Source: an uncultured virus (IMG/VR IMGVR_UViG_3300042294_004663)
Taxonomy: Duplodnaviria; Heunggongvirae; Uroviricota; Caudoviricetes
Length of the DNA: 64,000 nt
Virus record (IMG/VR): IMGVR_UViG_3300042294_004663
Reading direction: 5' to 3' (one strand)
Below the pieces are notes generated by a model that saw only the letters and a program-made list of their open reading frames with translations, did not search any database and was not told the DNA's origin. The position numbers were made by a program, and so were the translations under genes. Positions 10,123-20,789 of the stretch are shown piece by piece. How positions within the stretch are numbered: position 1 is the first letter of the stretch; every line of letters starts with the position of its first letter.

Positions 10123-11373
10123 TTATTTAATTTCATGGTAATTTTTACCATCTTTTGTTTTAACTTGTAAATTGTACTTATTAAATATTCCCAATACTTG
10201 AAGCATTACGTCAGGTTCATCTTTATCATAATCAAATAAAAATGAATCATACACATATAACACGAGTTTAGTCTTTTTCCCTCGTAATATTTTGAAAATA
10301 TCATATAATATATTAACGTTATTTGCGGTCTCCAAGTTTTGTAACACGTAATTCAATAATTTTTGTGGATTCATATTCTCCAGTTCGTTGTTGTAAAACT
10401 TATAATCTGAAATTGGGCATTTAACATGTCCCCCATAATTAAATGAATCCCACAAATCGTCCGTATATGCTATTACTCGTTTAAAGAATTCCAAATTTTG
10501 ATACTCCTTCCAAACTCCGCCATAAATTTGCTTAAACGTGATCTCTTTTGCTTTGGCGTAATCAACATCATACATCCTAGCAAACTCCCCATGAATGTCA
10601 GAGCTATCAAAATTGAAATCAAGTAAATGAGCCAAAAGGGTAGGGTGATAAGCAGAAATATCCATTTCAATAAACTTATCATTACGCGGTATAAAACATT
10701 TTCGTTCTCCATTTTCTTTATTTAGGGCTGAAAAATTAATATGATTAAATGTATTTGATGGGCGTGTTGTTAATGTATTTAGGTTATATTGCGTGTATAT
10801 AAATTCGTTTGGTTGTTTATCGAAGTACTCCTCGAATAATATTGGATCCACTTTTATACCCGCTCGTTCTAGTTGATTAAACACCAATGCCGCCTTATTG
10901 TAAAACGAATTAAATCTTATTTTCTCGTAATTTGCAAAGTTTTGCTCACATACCTCATAATGTTTTACAATCGGTACAATAGTGTTTAAGTTAGGTACTT
11001 GCGGGTATCTACTATATAACTGCGTATGAGCTGTTGTTAATTGAGGTATATACGTATGTGGGGAGGGTGATGGTTGGTAGCAATGCTTAAGAGCAAAATA
11101 ATGTAAAAACTCTTTTCTATCCCTCACATAAATGTATTTTATACTGTTTAATACTTTTAAACAATCCTCTATCGTTGCATTTATTGTTTCGCTATGGTTT
11201 ATTGGAATGACATATCCTTTTGTATCATTTTCTGGATGAACATATAAAGCACACACATCGTTTTCAACAGCGTGTAAATTATGTGAGTTGGGTATTACCT
11301 CAACATAAGCTATTTCATGTTTTAAACTTGCGAGTAATTCAATATGTTTAGGATCTTCTATCAGCCAGTACAT
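10123..11373 (-). CDS. Compact, divergent family A DNA polymerase-like protein
   Basis: TTRPS (TGRLS-like), motif A MDISAYHP, motif B AKEITFKQIYGG, NYVLQ and motif C LYVYDSFLFD. Confidence 0.85.
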   Translation of the reverse strand: MYWLIEDPKHIELLASLKHEIAYVEVIPNSHNLHAVENDVCALYVHPENDTKGYVIPINHSETINATIEDCLKVLNSIKYIYVRDRKEFLHYFALKHCYQPSPSPHTYIPQLTTAHTQLYSRYPQVPNLNTIVPIVKHYEVCEQNFANYEKIRFNSFYNKAALVFNQLERAGIKVDPILFEEYFDKQPNEFIYTQYNLNTLTTRPSNTFNHINFSALNKENGERKCFIPRNDKFIEMDISAYHPTLLAHLLDFNFDSSDIHGEFARMYDVDYAKAKEITFKQIYGGVWKEYQNLEFFKRVIAYTDDLWDSFNYGGHVKCPISDYKFYNNELENMNPQKLLNYVLQNLETANNVNILYDIFKILRGKKTKLVLYVYDSFLFDYDKDEPDVMLQVLGIFNKYNLQVKTKDGKNYHEIK

Positions 11374-11377
11374 GCTG

Positions 11378-11409
11378 TAAAGATACTAACATATTTTTAG
11401 GAACCCAAG
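11378..11409 (-). promoter_or_regulatory. Bacteroidota sigma70-type promoter (PolA-like gene), probably leaderless
   Basis: CTTG-N20-TATCTTTA, ending 4 nt before the ATG. Confidence 0.6.
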
Positions 11410-12074
11410 TAATATTTTAAAAATTGACCTTGAAAGTATTGAGGAAACCCATACCATTGTAATTTTTTTTCAATAGCATAAGCAGAAGATTGATTTGAAA
11501 CATATACCGCATTTTTATCACCTTGAATCTGCCATAGTATAGAAGCAGGGGTATATAAATCCCATGCCATTTGAGGTGATTGGGTAGATAATAATGTAAA
11601 CGTATTTAGATCAATTTCAATATATTTCAACTCATTATTTCGTTTGCAGAAATATCTTGTATATTGGCCATTTGTTTTTTCTTGTTGAGTTGGGGGATTT
11701 GGATTAAATTGAGGAATTAAACGATTTTCAAATTCATTCAATTTTGGGTATTTACTATATAAACCAGAATTTACAGGAAGATTAGGATTTGTTACATATT
11801 CTCCAGAAGTAGGAGAAAGTTGAGTTACCGGAGCTATAGGAAGAGAGATAGGATTTAAATTATATAAAAAATTTTGAGTTGGATTAGGGGCATCTAATGG
11901 AGCATATGGTTCTAATAATATTGAAGATTGTTCTTTAGGGTTTCTTCCAGTATATAATTGCCCTGTGGAAATTTTATAGTAATATCCTTTATATTCTTCT
12001 TTTGTTGTTGAAAGAATATATTCTCCACCATTAGTGTATAAATTAGGTTTTACTTGAGATTTAGGAAAATACAT
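11397..12074 (-). CDS. Hypothetical protein, last gene of the baseplate cluster
   Basis: 225-aa Tyr/Pro-rich ORF directly downstream of the hub gene. Confidence 0.7.
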   Translation of the reverse strand: MYFPKSQVKPNLYTNGGEYILSTTKEEYKGYYYKISTGQLYTGRNPKEQSSILLEPYAPLDAPNPTQNFLYNLNPISLPIAPVTQLSPTSGEYVTNPNLPVNSGLYSKYPKLNEFENRLIPQFNPNPPTQQEKTNGQYTRYFCKRNNELKYIEIDLNTFTLLSTQSPQMAWDLYTPASILWQIQGDKNAVYVSNQSSAYAIEKKLQWYGFPQYFQGQFLKYYLGS

Positions 12075-12095
12075 TTATATTTTTAATTTATTATA

Positions 12096-15000
12096 TTATT
12101 CTACAACAGAGGCAAATCCTTTAACATTTGTAAAAGATACATTTTTGACATATGTAACAAATGTACTATAATTACCTTCTACAGTATTTACTGAAATTGG
12201 GTTACCTGCTGAATCTTTATTTACTCTGACAACTACTGCTCCATGTCCTGATTTATAAACAATTAAGTCTCCAGCCCGGACTCCATTTTTTGTTTTGTCT
12301 TTTAATGGAGGCCACCACTTAGAATAAGTTTTGCTGGATGGTTCTTCATTTACAGGGGCAGAAGATGGGATATTTTTAGCTTTACTATTCCAAAGAGATT
12401 TAATAGTATTATTTGCTTGAGTAAGTACAGCATTACCTGTAGTATATGCTTCTTTCCAAACTAATTTTTGGAAATAACCACACCACGCCTGGCCTTCTGA
12501 GAATCCTACTCCTTGGAGTTTACTTAAGAAGACAGGGTCTGCAATTTTATTATTATCATATTCGCGTTGTCCTATATAGGAAAGTGCAATAATACAAATT
12601 CTTTCTCTAATATTATCAGTATCATAAGCAGAAGTATTAGCTTGAATTACTGGGGTACCACCAAAAGTTCCTCCTCTAAGATATTCAATTGCATCTTTAT
12701 CTTTAGCATCAGGAAATAATACAGGACTTACTGCTGAGAATCCTACTACTCCATAAGTGGTTCCTTCTACAAATGGATTACTATTATTATTTCCTCCTGT
12801 AGGGATTGAGGCATAATCTATATTAAAATCGTTTATTTGACTAGTTTTAGGAATTACAATAGTATTTAATTCAGTTTCCCAATCATTATTTTGCAATCTA
12901 TGATTTACCCCAGTAATAATAAAATTTAAAGTACTACCATATCTGAGGGGTAAAAATTTAGAGTTTACATTTAATTTATTATAAATTTTAATACCTGAAA
13001 TTCCATCCATGGTTATTCCAAGTTTAAAAGGAATAAATCCTACAGTTCCTGCTTGATGGCTTGTTTGTGATTTTTTTGCCATTATGTATTTATAGAATTC
13101 AGTTACTGTAGATAAATTTTTTTCAATTATATCAGGGCTAATTTCTCCTATATTTGCTGATGCTGGGAATGAGGGTTCAGCTATTAGATTTCCATTATAT
13201 CCATAACAAGCAGTAGGGTGAATTAAAAAATCATTTACATAATTTATTTCAGCTTCATTAGGAGGAGCAGTTGTTGATAATTGTGGGGAAACTAATTCAT
13301 TTTTAAATCTATCTTTTAAACCTCTATTCCAAACTGAAAATGCTGTGGCTTCTGTTCCTTTAACATAACCATTAGCTGTAGCTCCAACAGTAACCATTGT
13401 AGCATACTCGGGAGTAATGGTTGTTTTAAGGTCTATATTACGAATAAAATTAGATTCATATTTTATAAATGAATTATAATTAGTATTAAAATTAGATCCT
13501 TCATATCCATATAACATTAATTCATAAGAACTATTATCAACAGCCGTTATACTAGGAATAGGAGTAGAATCTATTATTTTTAAAATATTAGTATCCTTAT
13601 CAATTACTGGTTCAAGATTATTAATTCCTCCTAGGGCTTTATTTAGTCCAGTACATATAGTAGATATAAAACCATATAAATTTACATCTCCCCTATCATT
13701 TTGGTTATTTTTTAACGAATCTAAAATAAAACTAAAATTAAGATAAATATTTAAAGGATAGGCAGCATTGACATTACTTTTTCCATTATCTTTAAAAGTA
13801 AATGGACTTATTTCACTAAGTACCTTAGCTTCACCTTTAGTTGGATCTGAATTTTTTTTAAAGTGGTCATTTCTAATTAAACATATTCTAGGATCTAAAG
13901 AAATTTGATTAGGAATAGTATACATAAAGCTTCCAAAACGATCATAATCTATATTAAATAAAGAAGCATTATTATCTTTAGCAACAATCTCAGGAATTAT
14001 ATTTTCTTGAATAAACTGTAAAAGATAATCGAATCTTAAATAATGATTTGGGGTTGGAGAATTTATTACAAAAGCAGCATGATATGGAGCTTGTGCATTT
14101 GGATTATCTATAGGTTCATCATAATCTATAGCTGTTCTTTTATAAGATATTTGTAAAAATTCATTAGGAGGAGCATAGAAAATAAATCTTCTAGTTGTGC
14201 TTTTTCCAAAAATAACCCAACCATTTCCAGGATCAAAAGTAGGGCTTGGTCCTACACTTGGGTATATTTTATTGAACCTAGCAACTAATTCATTATCAGC
14301 TAATTGATCAGGATCACCTACATTATTATATGTAACAGTTGGAGGAGTTTCAGCTGATGGGTGTGAATCAGACCAAAATTTATAGGAAGCACTTTTTACA
14401 GGGGTTAAAACAGATCCCCCTTTTCTTTTAAAATTACCTATTAATTTTTTACCAAAATTATAAGCTAGTGTCGTAGTTATATTTTCATAAGTATCGGTAA
14501 TAGTAAACAAATAAAGCATAAGACTAATGCTATTTATATCTTTGTCTTTTTCTATTATGTTATTTGGATTACTAGCATTAAATTTTTTAACATAATCTCT
14601 ATAAGAAGAATTAATAGAAAGATTTGTTTTAAGAGATTCAATTACATCACCTAAACTGATTAAAGTTACATCAATATCATAAGAACCATCAGGGTTAAAT
14701 GTCCAACTAAAGTTAGATATTATAGCTAACATCCCATCATAGTTTCCTGAGTATTTAATTCTGTATTTTTCAATAACAGTAGTACCCTCAGAAAGTCCTA
14801 AAAAATCTAAATATGATCTTTGACCTTCATGTTTAAAAAATTCATCTTCAATAACAGTATTTGCAACAACTTTTTTATTTATTCCATCATCTGTATAAAG
14901 ACTATTACCCCATTCTAAAAGAACAGTATAACCTAATCTCATATATAAAGCATCTATAATATCAAATTGTTGACGATTTTGTGCTTTTATTTTAACAAAT

Positions 15001-15497
15001 GCCTTTTCTAGTGAACCCCTATTTAATGCTTTTATTTCAGCACTAATAATACCAGGCATAGGAGCGTACCCTGAATCTGAAGAGTGTTCTTGGGTTGTAT
15101 TGTTTAGATTTTTACTATAAATGTAAGAACTATCCTCAACATCCCTAAATATAGAATCATTTCCAAAAGATGGTGTTCTAAATCCTTGTCGTTGAGATAA
15201 TTTATTATTACTAAATGAAGATAATCCAGAAAATAAAACATATTTTTCAGCTAAACCTTTCCCTCTAAGATTAGGAATTTCAGAATTAGAAAATCCTAAA
15301 TCTTTTAATCTTTCATCATTATCTATAGAAATACCGGACGCTAATTTTATCCATGAAGTATTTGAATTTAATAGATTAATTTGGTCCGGAGTTCGCTCGT
15401 TTATATCAAATCTAACTCCACTTCCATGAAGAGTTTGCCTATGTCTGATCTGTTGGGCTACATACCCCTCTAAAGGTTGTCCTATTACGTTACCCAT
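12096..15497 (-). CDS. Baseplate hub-like protein with a C-terminal CHAP peptidoglycan hydrolase
   Basis: Follows the tape measure, tube-initiator and LysM genes. The C-terminal AWCGYF...GDLIVYKSGHGAVV...TVEGN matches the CHAP Cys/His motifs. Confidence 0.75.
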   Translation of the reverse strand: MGNVIGQPLEGYVAQQIRHRQTLHGSGVRFDINERTPDQINLLNSNTSWIKLASGISIDNDERLKDLGFSNSEIPNLRGKGLAEKYVLFSGLSSFSNNKLSQRQGFRTPSFGNDSIFRDVEDSSYIYSKNLNNTTQEHSSDSGYAPMPGIISAEIKALNRGSLEKAFVKIKAQNRQQFDIIDALYMRLGYTVLLEWGNSLYTDDGINKKVVANTVIEDEFFKHEGQRSYLDFLGLSEGTTVIEKYRIKYSGNYDGMLAIISNFSWTFNPDGSYDIDVTLISLGDVIESLKTNLSINSSYRDYVKKFNASNPNNIIEKDKDINSISLMLYLFTITDTYENITTTLAYNFGKKLIGNFKRKGGSVLTPVKSASYKFWSDSHPSAETPPTVTYNNVGDPDQLADNELVARFNKIYPSVGPSPTFDPGNGWVIFGKSTTRRFIFYAPPNEFLQISYKRTAIDYDEPIDNPNAQAPYHAAFVINSPTPNHYLRFDYLLQFIQENIIPEIVAKDNNASLFNIDYDRFGSFMYTIPNQISLDPRICLIRNDHFKKNSDPTKGEAKVLSEISPFTFKDNGKSNVNAAYPLNIYLNFSFILDSLKNNQNDRGDVNLYGFISTICTGLNKALGGINNLEPVIDKDTNILKIIDSTPIPSITAVDNSSYELMLYGYEGSNFNTNYNSFIKYESNFIRNIDLKTTITPEYATMVTVGATANGYVKGTEATAFSVWNRGLKDRFKNELVSPQLSTTAPPNEAEINYVNDFLIHPTACYGYNGNLIAEPSFPASANIGEISPDIIEKNLSTVTEFYKYIMAKKSQTSHQAGTVGFIPFKLGITMDGISGIKIYNKLNVNSKFLPLRYGSTLNFIITGVNHRLQNNDWETELNTIVIPKTSQINDFNIDYASIPTGGNNNSNPFVEGTTYGVVGFSAVSPVLFPDAKDKDAIEYLRGGTFGGTPVIQANTSAYDTDNIRERICIIALSYIGQREYDNNKIADPVFLSKLQGVGFSEGQAWCGYFQKLVWKEAYTTGNAVLTQANNTIKSLWNSKAKNIPSSAPVNEEPSSKTYSKWWPPLKDKTKNGVRAGDLIVYKSGHGAVVVRVNKDSAGNPISVNTVEGNYSTFVTYVKNVSFTNVKGFASVVE

Positions 15498-15500
15498 AAT

Positions 15501-15815
15501 TTAAACTATTCCGTTTATTATATTATATTGAGATAATATATTTGGTACTTGTTGAGGAGCTGGAATCCTAATTTGAGCTCCTACTGTTGGGTAAAGAGAA
15601 TCAAAGGGTTGGTTAGGATTTGCCCTGTTTATAATCCACCATAATGAAGAATCACTATAGTAATTTAAAGCTAAAATATCAAATCTATCTCCTTTATTAG
15701 TATAAACATAAAAATCAGCTTCTCCAAGGGGAATTGAAGGATATTTTACTACAGTATATCTTCTTTTAGTATCTGTAGGAGTTTTAAATATTGGTATGTT
15801 ATTATATCTAGCCAT
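15501..15815 (-). CDS. LysM-like baseplate protein (tail X/gp53-like)
   Basis: GDRFDILALNYYSDSSLWWIINRAN...G.QIRIP. Confidence 0.85.
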   Translation of the reverse strand: MARYNNIPIFKTPTDTKRRYTVVKYPSIPLGEADFYVYTNKGDRFDILALNYYSDSSLWWIINRANPNQPFDSLYPTVGAQIRIPAPQQVPNILSQYNIINGIV

Positions 15816-17686
15816 TAGCTATCAATTAATTGATTATCTTGTGAGAAGGTAGTTATAGATATATCATTACTTCCCGCATTCGTATTAGCAGCTAAATTAT
15901 TTCCTTCTCCATCATAATCTGTAGTTTCAGGACGTTGTTGATCAATGTATCTTTGATTTCCTGGTTTAATTAATCTAGTACTAGTTGTTCCTGGTGAATC
16001 TTCTGAGAATGATTGTTTTTCTGGTCTAAATGTATGGATTGGGGTAAATTGGAAACTAGTTACTTTAATAATATGAGGTAATTGGCGTACTGATTTTGGA
16101 TCTGCTGGGTTTCCGTTTACGTCGATTCCAATTTCCCAAGGAGATTCTTCAGGAACATCATATGTTAATTGAGTAATAATTCCTGGTTGTTCATGAACAT
16201 ATCCACCTAAAGTAAGGTAAGCTATATTTCCAGCCATATATCCATTATGAGTTGCATCAAGGTATTCTGGGGCTAAGGATGAAGCAAGGAAATTTAATTT
16301 ATCATACATTGCTGTAATTTCAGGTCTTGATTGAGCAACAACAGTAAATGACATATTAATAGTTCTATCAAATCCTTTATATTTATAAAATTTTTCAGCA
16401 CGACCCATGTAATTTATTGCATTCCAATCAGCATTATAGTTATCTGAAAATGAGTCTATAAATGCCCTAAAATGCATGTATTTTTTAAATGGTCCTCCAG
16501 GTTGTAATTCATTATTTAAAATACCAATATAAAATGGAATTATATCATTTAAATTTTCATGTTCCGGTAATCCATAATCTGAGTTAGTGCTTTTATAAAT
16601 GTAAGAAGTATTTACTTTATCTAAAGCTGGTTGAGGAGCATTGTAATTTGATCTGTCTTTATTTTTATTTCCAGGATTACCTAAACCTATATTATTTTCA
16701 ATATTTTTCTTCTTATAATTAGGAGATGTACTTAAAAATCTATTTTGATATTGTCCTGTAGGTTCTAATATTTTTCTAAAATCTTCTCTAATTAAACTTA
16801 CACTGTCTTTTTCTGAGGGTGGGGTTAGAAGGGTACTTAATCCCCATGTTTTAAATATTGATGTTAAACTAGGGTTATTATTTTCACTTGTAGAAAGATT
16901 TTTTATAGTTTTTAAGGGAGTATTCGCGTTATTAGTTGTAGCAAAATTTATGCTAGTATTTCCAATACCTAATACTGAATCTGGTCCTCCAGAATAATTA
17001 ATTAGTGTTGATAAATCTGGGTAAAGTCGGTATTTATTAACATCTTTAAATGAAGATTGAGAAGTATTGGGGGTTGGTGATAATATGAGTTTTTGAAGAT
17101 AAGTTAATCTGTTATCTTCTACTTTAAAGGGTGTATTAGGGTTTAATTGGTTATTATATATTACATCTTGATAAGATTTAATATTAACCCCAGCCCCAGG
17201 AATACCAAGACCTTGTTTATTAACATGCCCTCCTAAAAAACCAATACCCGCTTCAGTTAGTGTAGATAAAGGATTATATACTCCTTCATTTCTAGCACTA
17301 CCTAAATAAGCAGCTCCTTTAGTTGCTTCAGTTTTAACACCTATTTTAGATAATGAATTTTGTTTTAAAGCAAAAGAAGCCCCTATTGGGTTATCTAAAT
17401 CAGAAAAATATTGAGTTAAACGAGAAACATCTTCACCAGCAGCAATAGGAGCTAAAATACCACCTCTTAAAATAAAATCACTATAAAAAGATGAATCTTT
17501 ATTATCTTTATTAAGAGGAGTTGGTTTTTTTACAACATATGGTTGTTTACTTGAACCCCCATTAGTTCGATCTTTTCCAAAAGGAATCTCTCTTGGATTA
17601 AGATTATTAGGATTTACGTATCCTTTTTGCTTAGTTGTATAAAATTCAAAGCTCCCTGGATCAGTTAAGAGAGTGATTAGCCCCAT
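15815..17686 (-). CDS. Baseplate / tail tube initiator-like protein
   Basis: C-terminal tube-like domain (FSDNYNADWNAINYMGRAEKFYKY...RTINMSF...PWEI); lies between the tape measure and LysM genes. Confidence 0.65.
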   Translation of the reverse strand: MGLITLLTDPGSFEFYTTKQKGYVNPNNLNPREIPFGKDRTNGGSSKQPYVVKKPTPLNKDNKDSSFYSDFILRGGILAPIAAGEDVSRLTQYFSDLDNPIGASFALKQNSLSKIGVKTEATKGAAYLGSARNEGVYNPLSTLTEAGIGFLGGHVNKQGLGIPGAGVNIKSYQDVIYNNQLNPNTPFKVEDNRLTYLQKLILSPTPNTSQSSFKDVNKYRLYPDLSTLINYSGGPDSVLGIGNTSINFATTNNANTPLKTIKNLSTSENNNPSLTSIFKTWGLSTLLTPPSEKDSVSLIREDFRKILEPTGQYQNRFLSTSPNYKKKNIENNIGLGNPGNKNKDRSNYNAPQPALDKVNTSYIYKSTNSDYGLPEHENLNDIIPFYIGILNNELQPGGPFKKYMHFRAFIDSFSDNYNADWNAINYMGRAEKFYKYKGFDRTINMSFTVVAQSRPEITAMYDKLNFLASSLAPEYLDATHNGYMAGNIAYLTLGGYVHEQPGIITQLTYDVPEESPWEIGIDVNGNPADPKSVRQLPHIIKVTSFQFTPIHTFRPEKQSFSEDSPGTTSTRLIKPGNQRYIDQQRPETTDYDGEGNNLAANTNAGSNDISITTFSQDNQLIDS

Positions 17687-17696
17687 ACATGTTTAA

Positions 17697-17993
17697 TTAT
17701 TGGGGTAAATTATTCAAATAAGGTAAACCTTGTCCACCAGGTGATACTGGCGGTACAATTCCATTTGTGTCTAGTAATGAAGGTTGTGGAATTTGGTTAC
17801 CTACACCATCTAAATAAGCATTATACTGGCCATTTACTAATGTAGCATTAGCACCATCTAATGAATAACCAGGTTGATCACCATTAGCATGTAATTTTGA
17901 TTGCTGAGTTGCAAGTGGGTTAATTGGTGGGGTTGTTCCATTATAAGCAGTTAATGAAGAACCCTGAGTTGTTAGCATGTCATATAGTCCCAT
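17697..17993 (-). CDS. Hypothetical virion-associated protein
   Basis: 98-aa ORF preceded by the late motif, within the tail cluster. Confidence 0.7.
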   Translation of the reverse strand: MGLYDMLTTQGSSLTAYNGTTPPINPLATQQSKLHANGDQPGYSLDGANATLVNGQYNAYLDGVGNQIPQPSLLDTNGIVPPVSPGGQGLPYLNNLPQ

Positions 17994-18009
17994 AGTAATT
18001 TTATTTTAT

Positions 18010-18018
18010 TATAAATAT
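18010..18018 (-). promoter_or_regulatory. Putative late promoter motif ATATTTATA (representative copy)
   Basis: The same motif occurs (plus-strand TATAAATAT) at 20409, 21475, 21862, 24477, 26543, 28625, 30869, 37526, 48263, 56207 and 61512, each just upstream of a minus-strand start. Variants lie at 2548, 42783, 44751 and 48988. Confidence 0.75.
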
Positions 18019-18022
18019 TGTG

Positions 18023-20395
18023 TTATTGAGGATTTCTATTATTTAATCTTCTTTCACCACCTAATAAACCAGGATTTCTTTTTTCTCCATGTTCGGCTAC
18101 AGCAGTGGCTAATATTTTACCATCTAATACAGTATTAACAGTTATTTGAGAATTTCCTCCTCCACCTCCACCATTAATCATGCTAAATAATTTAGCTTGT
18201 TGAGTTCTATTTAATATCATTTCACCTGAATTAGCTCGGATAGATACATTATCTCCAGCAGTTGAATTACCTCCAACTATACCACCAGAAGCATATGCTA
18301 CTTGAGGAGGAGATGTTTGGGGAACTTGTGCTGCTTCTTTTTTACTAGATTCAAAAGCCCCCATAGCGGTTGCTACAGCTGCTACTATTCCTATTAATCC
18401 TAATCCTAATGTAATAGCACCTGCCCATGTAAGAGCACCAGCTGCTGCAGTTCCTGTTATTCCAGCCATACTAGCTAAATTAAGTAAGAGTCCTCCAAGT
18501 TTAATAGATGCAAAAGAGCCAGCTATTGCATATACTGACATTTTTAAAGTGTTAGCATTTTCAACTAAAGATGTAATCCATTTGGCTAAATTTTGAGCAG
18601 GTCCGTCAACTATATCAGCTAACATCATTTTTAACTTTTCAATAGACTCATTAAATTTAGTTTGTTCATCTATTCTATGTAATGCTTCTTCAGCAGCCGT
18701 TCCATTAGCTATATCTCTTTGAAGTTGTTGGGCTTCTTCTAATCTACCTTGTTTTTCTAATTCAGCTATTTGATCTTTAATTTGTTGTTGTTGAGTTGCT
18801 CCTAAACTAGATAATTGTTCTTGATAAATCATAGAATTAGCTAATTCATCTGCACTCATTCCTAGTGCTTTAGCTAATTGTTCTTGTTGAATAACATTTA
18901 ATTTAGAAAATTCAGCGGAACCGCCCATTTGATTGGCTAATTCGGCAGCAGCTTCAGCCGATTTTCCATTTAAAGCAAGTAAACGTGCCCGCTCTAAATT
19001 AAGATCTCGATTGATTAATAATTCAGCTGAAAGTTCATTTTCAATGGATTCTTCAAAATTTAATAAACCTTCAGTTATTTTTTTAGTTTGTTCTAAAGAA
19101 AATCCTAACTTATTAGCTTGAATTACAGCGGCAGTTAATTGTTTAACATTATTTCCATATTGTAAACGTAATTGACCAGTAATTTTAGAAACATCTTGTA
19201 ATATTTTTTTATTACTAAGTTGTACCCCTGTTTGATCTCGGTATGCTTTAGTTTGAGATAATACTTCTTGGGTAATATCACTTGTTGTCATTCCATTCTG
19301 GAAAGCTAATTTTTGTAATTCATTGGCTTCTTCAACTGAAAGTCCTATTTCTTTGGTGAGAATAATTTGGTTTTCAATTTGAGATCGAGTTGGAATTAAA
19401 ACTCCTTCAAATGCTTGCCCTAACTCATTGGCTGCTTCAGCCATACGAGTAGTATTAAGTAAAGATTTTTCTAGATTTTTTTCTAATGGTTTGCCTGAAG
19501 CTTGAATATCATTAAAACTTTGATACATCCTTTCAGAACTACTAGCTGAAAGGTTAAATGATTTAGCTAGTTCTGTTTGGGTTTTATCTACTTTAAATCC
19601 TAAATCTAATAAAAATTTAAATGCCTTTACAATTAAACCTATAGATACTAATGGATCAGCAAATGAAGAAGCAAACCCTTTAGCCATACTGGTTAATCCA
19701 GTGCCCATTACTTGAAAAGCATTACCTCCAGCTTTTGCTTTTTCTCTAGCATCATCTAATGCTTCATTTGTTTTAAGAAGAGGACCTACTATAGGAATTT
19801 TACTCATTCCAGTAAGTAAAGTTCCTGTAACACCTAATCTAGCATTAATTATGTTTTCTTGTTTAATTCTCTCATCAAGTAAAGCATTTATATCTTCTAT
19901 AACACTAAATTGATCTTTTTGGGCATTATATGCGGCGGCGGCGGCTTCTTCTTGTTCAGTAAGTGCTTCCCCGGCAATTTTTTTCTCTTGGGCTTGTTTT
20001 GCTAAAACTTTTAACTGATCTTGAAGAATTTTAATTTTAGATTTTTCTTTTTTTAATTGATCTTTATTTAGATCGGTTATTCCTTGTTGATCATATTTTA
20101 ATTTTTGAGCAACAGATCGTAAATTAGAAAATGTTTTAGTTATGTCTTTAGAAGAAGAATTAGCACTTTTTAATTCATTAACTATACCATTTAATTGACT
20201 TTCAATACTTCCAAACCCTTCAGATAAAGCTTCTGTTCTATTATTAACATCTATAAGAAGTTCATCAAACTCAGAAAGAGCAGCATTGTTTTGAACTAAA
20301 ATACTAAGTAGTTCTCTATAACGCTTAGCAGTATCCCCACTAAGTTTATTAATTTGAGCTTCTATCTCTTTTCTTTTGTCGTTTGCGTCAGCCAT
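18023..20395 (-). CDS. Tape measure protein
   Basis: Long helical Ala/Gln/Leu-rich protein with a hydrophobic segment and the C-terminal YASGGIV...GEMIL motif; lies downstream of the tail chaperones. Confidence 0.85.
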   Translation of the reverse strand: MADANDKRKEIEAQINKLSGDTAKRYRELLSILVQNNAALSEFDELLIDVNNRTEALSEGFGSIESQLNGIVNELKSANSSSKDITKTFSNLRSVAQKLKYDQQGITDLNKDQLKKEKSKIKILQDQLKVLAKQAQEKKIAGEALTEQEEAAAAAYNAQKDQFSVIEDINALLDERIKQENIINARLGVTGTLLTGMSKIPIVGPLLKTNEALDDAREKAKAGGNAFQVMGTGLTSMAKGFASSFADPLVSIGLIVKAFKFLLDLGFKVDKTQTELAKSFNLSASSSERMYQSFNDIQASGKPLEKNLEKSLLNTTRMAEAANELGQAFEGVLIPTRSQIENQIILTKEIGLSVEEANELQKLAFQNGMTTSDITQEVLSQTKAYRDQTGVQLSNKKILQDVSKITGQLRLQYGNNVKQLTAAVIQANKLGFSLEQTKKITEGLLNFEESIENELSAELLINRDLNLERARLLALNGKSAEAAAELANQMGGSAEFSKLNVIQQEQLAKALGMSADELANSMIYQEQLSSLGATQQQQIKDQIAELEKQGRLEEAQQLQRDIANGTAAEEALHRIDEQTKFNESIEKLKMMLADIVDGPAQNLAKWITSLVENANTLKMSVYAIAGSFASIKLGGLLLNLASMAGITGTAAAGALTWAGAITLGLGLIGIVAAVATAMGAFESSKKEAAQVPQTSPPQVAYASGGIVGGNSTAGDNVSIRANSGEMILNRTQQAKLFSMINGGGGGGNSQITVNTVLDGKILATAVAEHGEKRNPGLLGGERRLNNRNPQ

Positions 20396-20432
20396 TTAGG
20401 TATTTTGTTATAAATATTGAAGTTCAATATTT

Positions 20433-20789
20433 TTAGCTGTATTTAGGTGGTTTTTTGGTATTTTTAACTTTTTGAAGTAATTCAGGGACTTTTACTTTAC
20501 CATCTGAGCCAATTATGGTTTGTCTTCCACCACTATTTTGTTTTCCTTCAGCAGCATCTTTTTGTTCTTCATAATAATTTTTAATTTCATTAAAAGTATA
20601 TTTACGAAGCCAAATAGGCATGTTATAGACTGTATTCCAGTCATATCCACCATTTCCGTGGAAAACTATTTCATGGATTTGTTTGAATAAATTAGCTCGA
20701 ACTTGAGGGGCTACATTATAAGTCAGGCCAAAAAAACTTAAGCCCAATTGGGAGAGAGACTCTATCGCTACTGCCGTTGGGAAAAAAAG
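20433..20789 (-). CDS. Tail assembly chaperone extension (gp51/T-like), probably reached by frameshift
   Basis: YDWNTVYNMPIWLR resembles gp51-like proteins. There is no good start codon, and the frame is open from 20789, overlapping the upstream gene in the +1 frame. Confidence 0.7.
   Translation of the reverse strand, partial: LFFPTAVAIESLSQLGLSFFGLTYNVAPQVRANLFKQIHEIVFHGNGGYDWNTVYNMPIWLRKYTFNEIKNYYEEQKDAAEGKQNSGGRQTIIGSDGKVKVPELLQKVKNTKKPPKYS

Noticed and set aside
20782..20788. Classical -1 frameshift at T TTT TTT
   Set aside because: The -1 frame reaches TAG within a few codons (TCC CAA CGG CAG TAG); only the +1/-2 frame leads into the downstream ORF.
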